Shown: positions 22,791-31,849, counted from the first letter of the stretch. The stretch: 64,000 nt of DNA from Candidatus Bathyarchaeota archaeon (GCA_963775895.1 CAVZKL010000018.1:1-64000); one strand, 5' to 3'. Numbers and translations are program-made. The notes: a model not told the origin generated them from the sequence alone.

Positions 22791-22966
22791 CCGTTTCAGG
22801 CGTCTAGCAGGTTTCCATAGCTGAACGGTCTCTCCCTCCCACGACTAATTGATTTTACCCAAAATAAAATTCTTGTGCTCCCTCTCAACTCGCACAGACT
22901 CCTCAGAATCGATACGCTTAAGAGCGCAGCCCGTATACAAACCTGTATCCATTTGCACATACCGCG

Positions 22967-23443
22967 GTGATGCCAGTTTTGAAGCTAAAAGATAACGTCC
23001 AATCATGGCTATTAAGCTCGCTAAACGACCCAATAGTCAAAATAATCTCCAAAAACAGTCATTTAACGGCAACACAGCTCGAAACACTGCTCATAGACAT
23101 CTTGTCCGAGAATATAGCCGCCAAATCGCTAAAATACGACGAAAAAGCTCGCTTAAGACTAACCAAGGCACAAATAAGCCGTGGAGCCTTCAACAGGACC
23201 CTAAAACAGGCCAAACAAAACGTCACAAAATCAATTTACACAGTAATACTCCTAGGCTACTTAGGACTCTTCGAGACCACAACTCTGGATCCCTACCTCG
23301 AAATAGCCAACAAGTTGCACACATATCTAGAGGCCTACAAAAGTGCCCCTCACACCACAGAAGACCTTGCTGAACGCCTCAAACTCATCGAAATGATGCG
23401 AGATGAGCTAGAGAACAGCTTAAAACAGCTCTCAAGTTCATAA
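22967..23443 (+). CDS. Origin-adjacent hypothetical protein with HTH-like segment
   Basis: LTATQLETL...ISRGAFNRTLKQA resembles a sigma70-r4/Tfx-like HTH; intact 158-aa ORF. Confidence 0.65.
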   Translation: MMPVLKLKDNVQSWLLSSLNDPIVKIISKNSHLTATQLETLLIDILSENIAAKSLKYDEKARLRLTKAQISRGAFNRTLKQAKQNVTKSIYTVILLGYLGLFETTTLDPYLEIANKLHTYLEAYKSAPHTTEDLAERLKLIEMMRDELENSLKQLSSS

Positions 23444-23454
23444 ACAAGCCCTCC

Positions 23455-23756
23455 GTGACATCACAAATCACACACAGGACGCGACCACTATCTGAACGTT
23501 TGAACGGTACAGAAGAATAATCTTGATTAAGCCGTCAAAAGTCAAAAGACGCCCAAATCTAGCCTCTCGTTGGACCATGCCTCGTTCGTCTGAAATGGTG
23601 TGTGTTTGAACATCCTTGTGACCTGTGACATCATACTCGCCGTCTCTAACGGAAAGTACCATAAATCTTAAATGGTTGATGGGCAAATTGTGATCTGTGA
23701 CGCAACATGTGTGAGTCACGTCTGATCACGGGAGTATCACAGGAGGATATCACGTG
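23455..23756. repeat. Cluster of TGTGA/TCAC boxes between the origin-adjacent genes
   Basis: GTGACATCAC 23455, TGTGACC-TGTGACATCAT 23617, TGTGATC-TGTGACG 23689, GTGAGTCAC 23711, then TGATCAC, TATCAC and GATATCACGTG to 23756. Confidence 0.7.
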
Positions 23757-24452
23757 GATGAGTTAACGCTCACGCTGGTGGGCTTTTTGCTTGCCGTCAC
23801 TGTCTCGGCCTCTATCCTGTATTACCAGAGGCTTCGTCGAGCCCAGAGAGAGTACGAGAAGGCACGGAGCGCTGTGGACGATGTTCTTTTGAGTTTCAAC
23901 AGGCAATTTGAACGCGAGGACAAGAGACTCGAATTTATCGCTTATAAGGTGGAAGCTCTCACCTCAAAGGTCGATAGTGGTCTTAGCATGTCCGAGGACG
24001 TTTCGAAAAGGATGGATGTAGTGCAATCCAAAATCAGTATCGAAAGTGAAGGGAGATCGCAGATCACGCAGCGACTTTATGATGTCGAAAAGAAGGTAGG
24101 TGACCTCACAACATCACAGGAGGTACTCATGAATCGAGTCTCCAGTCTGGAGCAACGGCCGCAGCAGATATTGACTACGCCAGAAGTGAACCTCCAAGGG
24201 GTCATACCCATCAGAAGGGAGAAAGCGATGTCTCAGCTGACTGATACTGAAGTATCGGTGCTCGAAATGCTCGCTGCCGAAGGCTCGAAGACCGCTCCAG
24301 AGATCAAGGAAAGAGTCAAGCTGAGCAGAGAGCATACTGCTAGGCTGATGAAAAACCTGTACGAGGAAGGCTACTTAGAGAGGGAAACAGGGAAGATCCC
24401 TTTCAGATATAGCGTGAAGAAGGAAATGGAGAAGCTTCTTAAAGAAGACTGA
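23754..24452 (+). CDS. Membrane-anchored coiled-coil winged-helix protein
   Basis: N-terminal TM (LTLVGFLLAVTVSASILYY), heptad-rich middle, C-terminal wHTH LTDTEVSVLEML...TAPEIKERVKLSREHTARLMKNLYEEGYLER; GGAGG upstream. Confidence 0.8.
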   Translation: MDELTLTLVGFLLAVTVSASILYYQRLRRAQREYEKARSAVDDVLLSFNRQFEREDKRLEFIAYKVEALTSKVDSGLSMSEDVSKRMDVVQSKISIESEGRSQITQRLYDVEKKVGDLTTSQEVLMNRVSSLEQRPQQILTTPEVNLQGVIPIRREKAMSQLTDTEVSVLEMLAAEGSKTAPEIKERVKLSREHTARLMKNLYEEGYLERETGKIPFRYSVKKEMEKLLKED

Positions 24453-24480
24453 AAGTCAGGCTTCACAACCCGCCTAGCTC

Positions 24481-24933
24481 TTAACCCTCGCCGAGAATGT
24501 TATCTAGGGTGCCCGTGGTCTCAGTGTTGCTTGGGGAAGTGCCGGGAGCCAACTTGTACTTCAGGCTGTTTGATGGCCCAGTTCTTTGCAGGATTCCTTT
24601 GTTCGTCATTCTTGCCAAATACGTCGCCACTGTACTCAGGTTTATGGGTTCCTTCAGTTCTTGTTCATATATCATCTGGACTTCTCTCGAGGAGAACCAA
24701 ACGAGTGGAAAGTGTTTCTGAACAACGCCGCGAGTTCTGTCAGACTTGGAAGCTTCAATGGTCGTTCCAGGGTTGTTACTTATAGGGGAAGGCATGCCGG
24801 CCCCCCCTCCCAGAAGTTCGACCAAGTCCAGAAGGCGCATCGCTTTGTCCCGCGTAATCTGCCCTTCAAAACTCAGAGAGTATTTGTTGCCCTCGCTGTC
24901 GAATAGTTCAACGCGCATTCTTCTGGCAGGCAT
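24481..24933 (-). CDS. Origin-adjacent winged-helix protein with small N-terminal domain
   Basis: FSSREV...INLSTVATYLARMTNKGILQR...KYKL (BlaI/CopY-like wHTH); N-terminal RVELFDSEGNKYSLSFEG. Confidence 0.75.
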   Translation of the reverse strand: MPARRMRVELFDSEGNKYSLSFEGQITRDKAMRLLDLVELLGGGAGMPSPISNNPGTTIEASKSDRTRGVVQKHFPLVWFSSREVQMIYEQELKEPINLSTVATYLARMTNKGILQRTGPSNSLKYKLAPGTSPSNTETTGTLDNILGEG

Positions 24934-24958
24934 TTTCTATATCCTTCTAGTGCCTTTG

Positions 24959-25253
24959 TTCACAACTTCACAATTCACAAGTTATAGGTGTTACGGTGAA
25001 ATGGAGGAGTGTGCACAGTCGCAAATTGGGCTTCGATTTTGAAACTGAAGGTTCCCTGCACCCTTTTCATGATCTCAAAGATGACAAGTTGCGTGGAAAC
25101 GGAAAACGGCTTAGGATTCAGTTTGGAACCTGAATCTCCAGTAGAAGAGTAGGGGTGGGCACTTCACAGAAAACAGCCAAGAAAGGGTCAATAAAGTACG
25201 GAATGGTACCTCAGAACAGACATGAGGCAGTCAACTTCACAAGGAGTTCACGA
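24959..25253. repeat. TTCACAA direct repeats upstream of the 24481-24933 gene
   Basis: TTCACAA at 24959, 24967, 24974 and 25236; variants TTCACAG 25163, TTCACGA 25247. Confidence 0.7.
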
Positions 25254-25745
25254 ATAACGCGCGCGAAACGAGAGGAGTGATGCGTTCTAGAGGCTATTTG
25301 TCGTGTCAGCCTATGTAACTAGAGGATATAGTATTGAACTGCAGCGAGACGCCTGTAGCTTGATGTCATCTATGAGAAGTGATATGATATAATTAAAGAT
25401 GATCAGCCACCCGTGCATTTCCATTGGAATAGTAACCTGACTATTCATTCTGGTTGACCGTTTGGCAAGATTTTGTAATCTGTATCTAAAATGTTTAATT
25501 GGAATACTTATAACAGGTTAATGCTGATTACCTGTCACAGTATATTCCTGTTAATAATCAGGAATCATCATTCTTCTAAACAGCAATGTAATATTCCAGA
25601 GGAAAGTGTGGGGTGTGTGTGGGTGTCATATCAGTTGCTCATCGTTCGGGGATTTGCGTTCTCTTCAGGATAATTGTGATTTACATTTAGATTTCTGTAC
25701 GGCAGAGTTTATGTTTTCCAGAGGAAAAAGAGCCGTTGCTACTGA
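25135..25745. other. oriC: Replication origin (oriC): ORB elements flanking an AT-rich unwinding element
   Basis: ORB on minus strand 25407-25430 (TTCCAATGGAAATGCACGGGTGG), ORB on plus 25593-25614 (TTCCAGAGGAAAGTGTGGGG), TTCCAGAGGAAA 25716, degenerate TCTCCAGTAGAAGAGTAGGGG 25135; AT-rich 25431-25592; directly upstream of cdc6. Confidence 0.9.
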
Positions 25746-25763
25746 AACTTGATTGGTGATGCA

Positions 25764-27020
25764 ATGACTGACCCAGCGTTACTTGATGCCGTGTTTGACA
25801 GATTCGTGAGTAGTGCAAGAATTTTCAAGGACCGGGAAGTCTTGCGCCATGATTACCTGCCAGTTAGGTTGCCACATCGGGAGGATCAAATTCAGCAGCT
25901 CGGAGAAACTGTGGCACCTTTACTAAGAGGTGCGCGGGGGTCAAACGTTTTCATCTACGGGAAGACTGGAACAGGGAAGACTGCTGTCGTAAAGTATGTC
26001 CTCAGTCGCCTCGAGTTCAAAGCCAAGCAGTTTAGTGCACCGATCAGATTCTGCTACGTCAACTGTCGGCTGACAGGCTCCGATTACCGTGTCCTTGCGA
26101 GTCTGTGCCAGAGTCTTGGCATTCAAGTTCCGTTTACAGGGTTGTCTGTTGGTGAGGTATTCGACAGGTTTAGAACAGGCTTGGATATGTCTGGTGTAAT
26201 CTTTATGGTGGTTCTGGATGAGGCTGATGCGCTCATAAAGGCGAAGGGTGATGGTCTTTTTTACGAGCTCACGAGAATGAACGAAGTTTTGAGGAGGAGT
26301 AAGGTTACTCTTGTTGGGATTTCGAATGATCTGCGGTTGAAGGAGTTTTTGGATCCTCGCGTTTTGAGTTCGTTGAGTGAGGAAGAAATGGTTTTCAGAC
26401 CTTATGACGCTGGAGAGTTGAGGAATATTCTTGCCGAGCGTGCACAGACGGCGTTTTTAGGGGACGCGTTGTCCGATTCCGCGCTAGGGCTCTGTGCCGC
26501 TCTCGCCGCTGCTGAACACGGAGATGCCCGTCGAGCCTTAGATCTTCTTCGTGTTGCGGGGGAGGTGGCTGAGAGGAGGGGGGATGGTTCGATCACTGAG
26601 GAGCATGTTCGGGATGCCGAGAAGCGTATTGAACACAATAGAGTTGTTGAGGCGTTGGCAAATTTGACTTTGCACTCTAAACTTGTTACGCTTAGTATTT
26701 ACCATTTGGGCAGAGTTGGCGCGAAGGGTGCGATCACTGGCGAGATATCTGAGGTCTACAATGAGTTGAGCGGCGAATTGGGGATTACGCCTTTGACTCA
26801 ACGGCGGTTGAGTACGTTGATCAATGAGCTCGATGCGATGGGTATTCTTAACGCTAAGGTTGTCAGTATGGGAAGGTACGGACGGACGAAGAAGATTCGG
26901 CTCGAAGTCGCTCGGAGCCTGATCCACGACGTGTTTGCAGGTGACACCAGGCTTGGTCGACTTGTCGATTATCAGCCACGGTGTCTCGTGAAGTGTGTTG
27001 AAGGTCGGGGGTCTTCATAG
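25764..27020 (+). CDS. cdc6: Orc1/Cdc6 replication initiator
   Basis: LPHRE, Walker A GKTGTGKT, VLDEAD, GDARRALDLLR, C-terminal wHTH with GRYGRT. Confidence 0.97.
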   Translation: MTDPALLDAVFDRFVSSARIFKDREVLRHDYLPVRLPHREDQIQQLGETVAPLLRGARGSNVFIYGKTGTGKTAVVKYVLSRLEFKAKQFSAPIRFCYVNCRLTGSDYRVLASLCQSLGIQVPFTGLSVGEVFDRFRTGLDMSGVIFMVVLDEADALIKAKGDGLFYELTRMNEVLRRSKVTLVGISNDLRLKEFLDPRVLSSLSEEEMVFRPYDAGELRNILAERAQTAFLGDALSDSALGLCAALAAAEHGDARRALDLLRVAGEVAERRGDGSITEEHVRDAEKRIEHNRVVEALANLTLHSKLVTLSIYHLGRVGAKGAITGEISEVYNELSGELGITPLTQRRLSTLINELDAMGILNAKVVSMGRYGRTKKIRLEVARSLIHDVFAGDTRLGRLVDYQPRCLVKCVEGRGSS

Positions 27021-28631
27021 GGCTCCTTTTATGAAGCTGGAGATTGTGGTGGAGAAGTTGGGATTTTTGTCGAATGGGAGAATGGTCACTTCTAGGGTTT
27101 GAAGGTTCACCACGGGAACCTTGGCTGGGGTTGGTTTGAAGCCGTTTCTTTTCATGTAGCCAGTTTGCTCCTGCCAGCACCCTGAGTTTACTAGCAGAAC
27201 TCCGCGATAGTTTGCGTATTCTAAGGCGTGGACGTGTCCTACGTGGAAAATGTCGGGAACGTGTTCGATCACGAGAGAGTCTCTGCTTTCAGGTGAGATC
27301 GGGGTCTTTCCTCCATACAATGGTGCTAAGTGTCTTGCCTGCAGGAGTAGACGCATGGATTTCTCGGGGTGGTTGTGGTTCATGCCGGGAACGGTTGAGA
27401 TTACGTCGTCGAGGCTTCGGCCGTGGAACATTAGTATCTCGACGCCGTGGAGGTTGAGTGTGCATGGGTTTCCTAGGGAGTGGATTTTTCGTGATTCTTG
27501 GAGTGTTTCCAAAAACGTGTTTGCTATGGCGGGCTGAGGCAGTGCTTTTCTGGGGGCGTCATGGTTACCTGGCGTGATGATGACTTCAATGTAATCAGGG
27601 ATTTGTTCGATGTATTTTGAGGCGAGTCTGTACTGTTTGTTCACGTCTCTTATGGCTAGCTCTGCTGCTTGGTTGGGGTATATGCCGATGCCGTCCACGA
27701 TGTCTCCTGCTATGAGTACGTATTTCACGTGGCTTGCGATGTCGCGCATTCTGTCGTCGCCGTACTTGCAGTTGAGCCAGAGTATGAACCGATTGAATGC
27801 TTCTCGTGTGAACAGTGAGCTTCCTATGTGCAAGTCTGAGGTGAGCACCGCGTAAACTGGAATTGAGGCTTTGTGTTGAGGTCGCTGGGCGACGTCAGGC
27901 AGTATTATGTCTTCGGTGATGAGCAGGTTGCTTCTGGTCTTTAGAACGTCGATGCAGATGACTTGATCGAGCATCAGCTGGCTGGCTTTCTTCTGAACTT
28001 CTTGAGAGGCGTTTTGCGGTATGAGGACGGTCGCGGATGCTTTCAAGTCTTCGACGGTTAAGATTGCTTTTTGTTTTGATTCTCTCTTGTCTGTGATCAT
28101 TCCGATGATTTTGAGTCGTGTGTTGGGTTGGGCTTTTATGGCGTCCATTATGGAGGTTGCGCTCTTGACGTCCATTCTTTGTCTCAGCAGCTTCTCCATT
28201 TGTCTGAACCTGCTCTGGAAGTATTTCAAATAGTCGTCGATGGTTCCTGCTGTGTCAATCTTTGATCCTGGGTCGTCGAGTACTTTGATGTTGGAATCGA
28301 TTTCTTTGGCGTAGAGCTGAGGGGGCTTCTTTGGTTCAGATGTCAATGGGGTTCGTTCTTGCGGGGGTTCTTTGAGTCGCGGTTCCATCTCTTGCGTGAC
28401 AACCTCTTTGTCGGGTTCCTGAGGTTTCAGCATCTGTTCTAGGAAGTTTTTTTCGATGAACAGTGGTCTCTCTGTGAGATTGTTCATTTGTTTGATTGCT
28501 TCGAGGACGATTGACGCTGGGTCTTCGGTTGAAGATACCATGTTGAGAAACTCGAATGCCTCTTTGTTTAGTTGGTAACCTGCAGAGATCGTCAGTTCGA
28601 CGGCCTTCTGAAGCTTGTCAGTTTCGTTCAT
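27015..28631 (-). CDS. polB: DNA polymerase D small subunit DP1 (3'-5' exonuclease)
   Basis: SDLHIGS, GDIVDG, PGNHD, FHGRS, RHLAP, GHVH, NSGCWQ; likely start ATG 28631 (MNETDKLQKAVE). Confidence 0.96.
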   Translation of the reverse strand: MNETDKLQKAVELTISAGYQLNKEAFEFLNMVSSTEDPASIVLEAIKQMNNLTERPLFIEKNFLEQMLKPQEPDKEVVTQEMEPRLKEPPQERTPLTSEPKKPPQLYAKEIDSNIKVLDDPGSKIDTAGTIDDYLKYFQSRFRQMEKLLRQRMDVKSATSIMDAIKAQPNTRLKIIGMITDKRESKQKAILTVEDLKASATVLIPQNASQEVQKKASQLMLDQVICIDVLKTRSNLLITEDIILPDVAQRPQHKASIPVYAVLTSDLHIGSSLFTREAFNRFILWLNCKYGDDRMRDIASHVKYVLIAGDIVDGIGIYPNQAAELAIRDVNKQYRLASKYIEQIPDYIEVIITPGNHDAPRKALPQPAIANTFLETLQESRKIHSLGNPCTLNLHGVEILMFHGRSLDDVISTVPGMNHNHPEKSMRLLLQARHLAPLYGGKTPISPESRDSLVIEHVPDIFHVGHVHALEYANYRGVLLVNSGCWQEQTGYMKRNGFKPTPAKVPVVNLQTLEVTILPFDKNPNFSTTISSFIKGAL

Positions 28632-28896
28632 CGGCTGCAGGTTCTCCTTTCTCATTTGCTTCTCAGGGTGCACTCGAGGTGTTGACGCTTTCTTTCTGTT
28701 GTATTTCCTTCTCTGGCTTTTAACGCGTTTGCTTTTGATGCCCTGCAACTTTGGGTCTTGGGATCTTTGGTAACAAGTGTGTGGTTGCAGTAAGTTTACT
28801 GCTGGCATTGAGTGTTGAGGTCGACTGCTGGAAGATTCTTGGTGGGCTCAAGATAATGGGGATCAGGTGGTCTCTCGTTGCTTGGGTGGCGGGGGA

Positions 28897-28988
28897 TTAT
28901 TCGCTGTTTTTTCAGCCATTGTGTGACCTCCCCTCCTCGGTTTCAATGTATCGTGAATATTAGGATCCAAATATGCACGCGTGCGGTT
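28897..28988 (-). repeat. Dispersed ~91-bp non-coding element, copy 2 (inverted relative to 3002-3092)
   Basis: Reverse complement matches 3002-3092; lies between the divergent DP1 and PhoU genes. Confidence 0.92.
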
Positions 28989-29112
28989 GGGTTTTTGGGC
29001 TTTTTTGCTGAGTGGGCTTTTCGATTTTTTCGTTCGGGTTGGCGGGTGCGCGCGGGATTGAGGTTCGTAGATGTTTTAATATTGCCTTATGATACCGTAA
29101 GGATGGGGATGC

Positions 29113-30096
29113 GTGCGGATGAATGAACTGCGTAGGGTTCAGCGTACGACTGGCGGAACTTTTTTTGTTTGTTTGCCGAAGTCTTGGGCTGATCGTTACA
29201 ACCTTCAGCGCGGGGCGGTCGTCGGGATCAGTGAGAGCGCGGAGGGGAAGCTTGTTATTGACGCGAGATACGGAGCCGAGCCCTCACCTAAGACTGCGGT
29301 TTTGGAGCCTGGTCCTTTTCTGGGGCGTGAGATAATTGCGAATTACCTGCTTGGCGTTGACGTTATACGGGTTCAGGGAAAGGAGCGCGTTGGATTTGAG
29401 GTTCGGGAGGCGGTTAAGGGCGCTGTTGGTGGGTTGATCGGGTTGGAGATTGTTGAAGAGGATAAGTCTGGCATAGTTTTGCAGTGTCTTTTGGAGCCTT
29501 CTGGCTTTCCGCCTGAGAAAATTCTTCGACGGGCTTACGCTATCGCGGCGGGAATGCATCGGGACGTGGTCAACGCGTTTGTTGAGGGAGAGTCTCAGCT
29601 GGCAAAGAGTGTGATGGCTCGAGACAATGAAGGCAACAGGCTCTACTTCCTTCTTGTTCGAATATTGAGGACGATAATACAGAACCCGGGGTTGAGCCAA
29701 AAACTTGGCGTGGGCCCTATTGAATGTCTTGACTACCGGTTGGTTGCGAGTTTGGTGGAAGCTATAGGGGATGAATGTGTGCGTGTGGCACAGAAAACGG
29801 TGGAGTTGAAGGGCACAAAACCCGATAGGGACCTGGGGAAATTGTTCATGGATTTTCAGGGTGTTTGCTTCGCGGCGCATGAAAAAGCTTTGACAGCGTT
29901 CTTGACGGGTGACATCGACTTGGCGGAAAAGGTGCGAGCTATGCGCAAAGATGTTGAGAAGGAATTCGCGAGTATCGAGGGGCTCGCTCAGACCCAAGCG
30001 ATTGAGGTTGTTCCTCACATTTTGGCGATAGCCTCGTTTCTAAGGCAGATATATGAGCACAGTGTGGACGTATCGGACTTGGCTGTTCCCCGATGA
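29113..30096 (+). CDS. phoU: AbrB-PhoU phosphate uptake regulator
   Basis: RRVQRTTGGTFFVCLPKSWA AbrB domain; two PhoU repeats (RLYFL, EAIGD). Confidence 0.9.
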   Translation: MRMNELRRVQRTTGGTFFVCLPKSWADRYNLQRGAVVGISESAEGKLVIDARYGAEPSPKTAVLEPGPFLGREIIANYLLGVDVIRVQGKERVGFEVREAVKGAVGGLIGLEIVEEDKSGIVLQCLLEPSGFPPEKILRRAYAIAAGMHRDVVNAFVEGESQLAKSVMARDNEGNRLYFLLVRILRTIIQNPGLSQKLGVGPIECLDYRLVASLVEAIGDECVRVAQKTVELKGTKPDRDLGKLFMDFQGVCFAAHEKALTAFLTGDIDLAEKVRAMRKDVEKEFASIEGLAQTQAIEVVPHILAIASFLRQIYEHSVDVSDLAVPR

Positions 30097-30115
30097 CTCT
30101 GAGGTTCGGGCGTTT

Positions 30116-31336
30116 TCAGGTTGGAACCGCGCTGACTTTCTGCGGGGGTTTCCCGAATGAAACGTCTCTTTCTTGTCTTAGGTCGTTCGTGTATTGGGTT
30201 TCCCCGTTTACTCGGCAATGAGATTCAATCGTGATGTATTCACCGTAAACGTTCTCTGCGGTTGCTCCGCTTCTGAGCAGTATCTCTTTGCCGTAGAGGT
30301 TTTCCACGTGTGCCTCTTTACCGATTGTGATTTCTTCGGCTCTCACAGGACCATGGATTGTGCCTCTGTTACCGATTTCAACCGAGCGTGCTTTGACGCC
30401 TTCGCCGGTGTTGATTGACCCGCCAACCTCGACGCTATCCTCTGCCGAGACCACTTTTGCGCGTAGGGTTCCTCCGATTTCGATGTCTCGGGCTGTGACT
30501 TCACCGCTGACATCTAAACGGCCGCCTACCTCAACTGACCCGGAGAGTTTCAGTGTTCCGTCAACGTCAACCGAGCCTCCGACCTCTATCTCCTGGCCGT
30601 GCAGTGAGCCCTTGGCTTCTACTTTCCCGCCTGCTTCGATTCTTTCGAATTCGAGGTCACCTTGAACTTTGAGAAACCCGCCGACTTCGATTTCACCGCC
30701 CCTGCTTTCTCCTGTGAGTGAAACCGTTCCCCCAACGTCGATGTCTTCAAATTGGAAGGGGGCTCTCGACTCGAAGGTTCCGCCGACGTCTATGTGGAGA
30801 ATTCTGCCGCCTCCAATGCGCACGGTTCCGCCTACGTCGATGCTTTTAGCATCAACTTTTGCGTCGGCAGACAGGCTTCCTCCGACTTCGATCTTGTCTG
30901 CAGTTACTTCGCCTTTTGCTTCGAAGCTGCCTCCTACTTCAACGTTGTCGATTCTTGCTTTTCCTTCGACCTTGAGGCTTCCTCCGACTTCGATTTCGTC
31001 AACCGAAAGATCTTTGGTCACGTACACCGCGTTGCCAACATCGGCACTTTTAGCGGTCATGTTGCCGTAGACGGTTAATCGTCCATCTTCAACTTCAACG
31101 TCGCCATCGACGTTTAGATCACCTTGCACAGTGACCGAATCTTCGGCGTTCAGTTCTTTGGCTGATAATGTGCATTCGAAGGTGTCATGGCCTTCGCAGT
31201 AGACCGTTCCGTTCACTCTGACGGTCGGAGGGCTTCCCGTTCCTCTGACGGTGACGTGTTTCCCTATCTCCATGTCTCCATCGACCGTCTCCACTGTCAG
31301 TGTCGTGTGTGACGGAGCCGTAACCTTGCTCGCCAT
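30116..31336 (-). CDS. Long beta-helix repeat protein, bactofilin/polymer-forming cytoskeletal-like
   Basis: About 14 repeats of [IV][ED][VAI]G[GN] spaced about 16-18 aa; V/G/E-rich; no TM. Confidence 0.75.
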   Translation of the reverse strand: MASKVTAPSHTTLTVETVDGDMEIGKHVTVRGTGSPPTVRVNGTVYCEGHDTFECTLSAKELNAEDSVTVQGDLNVDGDVEVEDGRLTVYGNMTAKSADVGNAVYVTKDLSVDEIEVGGSLKVEGKARIDNVEVGGSFEAKGEVTADKIEVGGSLSADAKVDAKSIDVGGTVRIGGGRILHIDVGGTFESRAPFQFEDIDVGGTVSLTGESRGGEIEVGGFLKVQGDLEFERIEAGGKVEAKGSLHGQEIEVGGSVDVDGTLKLSGSVEVGGRLDVSGEVTARDIEIGGTLRAKVVSAEDSVEVGGSINTGEGVKARSVEIGNRGTIHGPVRAEEITIGKEAHVENLYGKEILLRSGATAENVYGEYITIESHCRVNGETQYTNDLRQERDVSFGKPPQKVSAVPT

Positions 31337-31408
31337 TCTCATTCCACCTTACGATCTTCATGTTCACCTTCGTTTAAAAGGGGTACTCACATTCGGTGAC
31401 TAGTGTGC

Positions 31409-31630
31409 TCACTGCAGTATCTGAGCTCTTCTCAACAGCATTATGTCGGTGATTCTCGTGATCTGAGCGCTGGGTTCGGCGCGTGCAAGAGTTTCTTGCG
31501 AGGCGTATGCGCCTATTATTGCTATAGCCCCCGTGCTGTTTGGCGTGAGATCCTTTTCTGCGAGGTGGAGTCCAGTTAACTTAGCTTTTCTCCACGTCTT
31601 CCAACTCAAACTTCTTATCCGGTTTGTCAT
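31409..31630 (-). CDS. Small hypothetical protein
   Basis: ATG 31630 preceded by GAGGTGG and an AT-rich promoter-like stretch; 73 aa. Confidence 0.45.
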   Translation of the reverse strand: MTNRIRSLSWKTWRKAKLTGLHLAEKDLTPNSTGAIAIIGAYASQETLARAEPSAQITRITDIMLLRRAQILQ

Positions 31631-31849
31631 TCTAACCACCTCATTGTTCTGATGTATACTAGTTGAATCATTAGGAGCCCTTAAAAGGCGACGCACATGG
31701 TGAGAACACGCTTTGTAGTCACAGATTGTGTCTCCACTTCTCATCTCCACCGACGCAGCCCTCCTTTTCTTTACTCGCAGAATAAACATGTTCGTGCCGA
31801 ACGCTATCTCATCCTTGCTCGCGCACTTCGACAAAGTGTATTTGACCCG

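Noticed and set aside
28632-28808. 59-aa N-terminal extension of DP1 in the ORF track
   Set aside because: Low-complexity; C/A skew suppresses stop codons; ATG 28631 has an upstream GGAG and gives a plausible start
29284-30018. 244-aa antisense ORF inside phoU (and similar ones at 2258-2791 and 56585-57232)
   Set aside because: Shadow ORFs of well-supported genes, favoured by strand skew; no recognisable motifs
30327-31078. Pro/Thr/Ser repeat ORFs on the + strand
   Set aside because: Antisense reading of the EVGG beta-helix repeats
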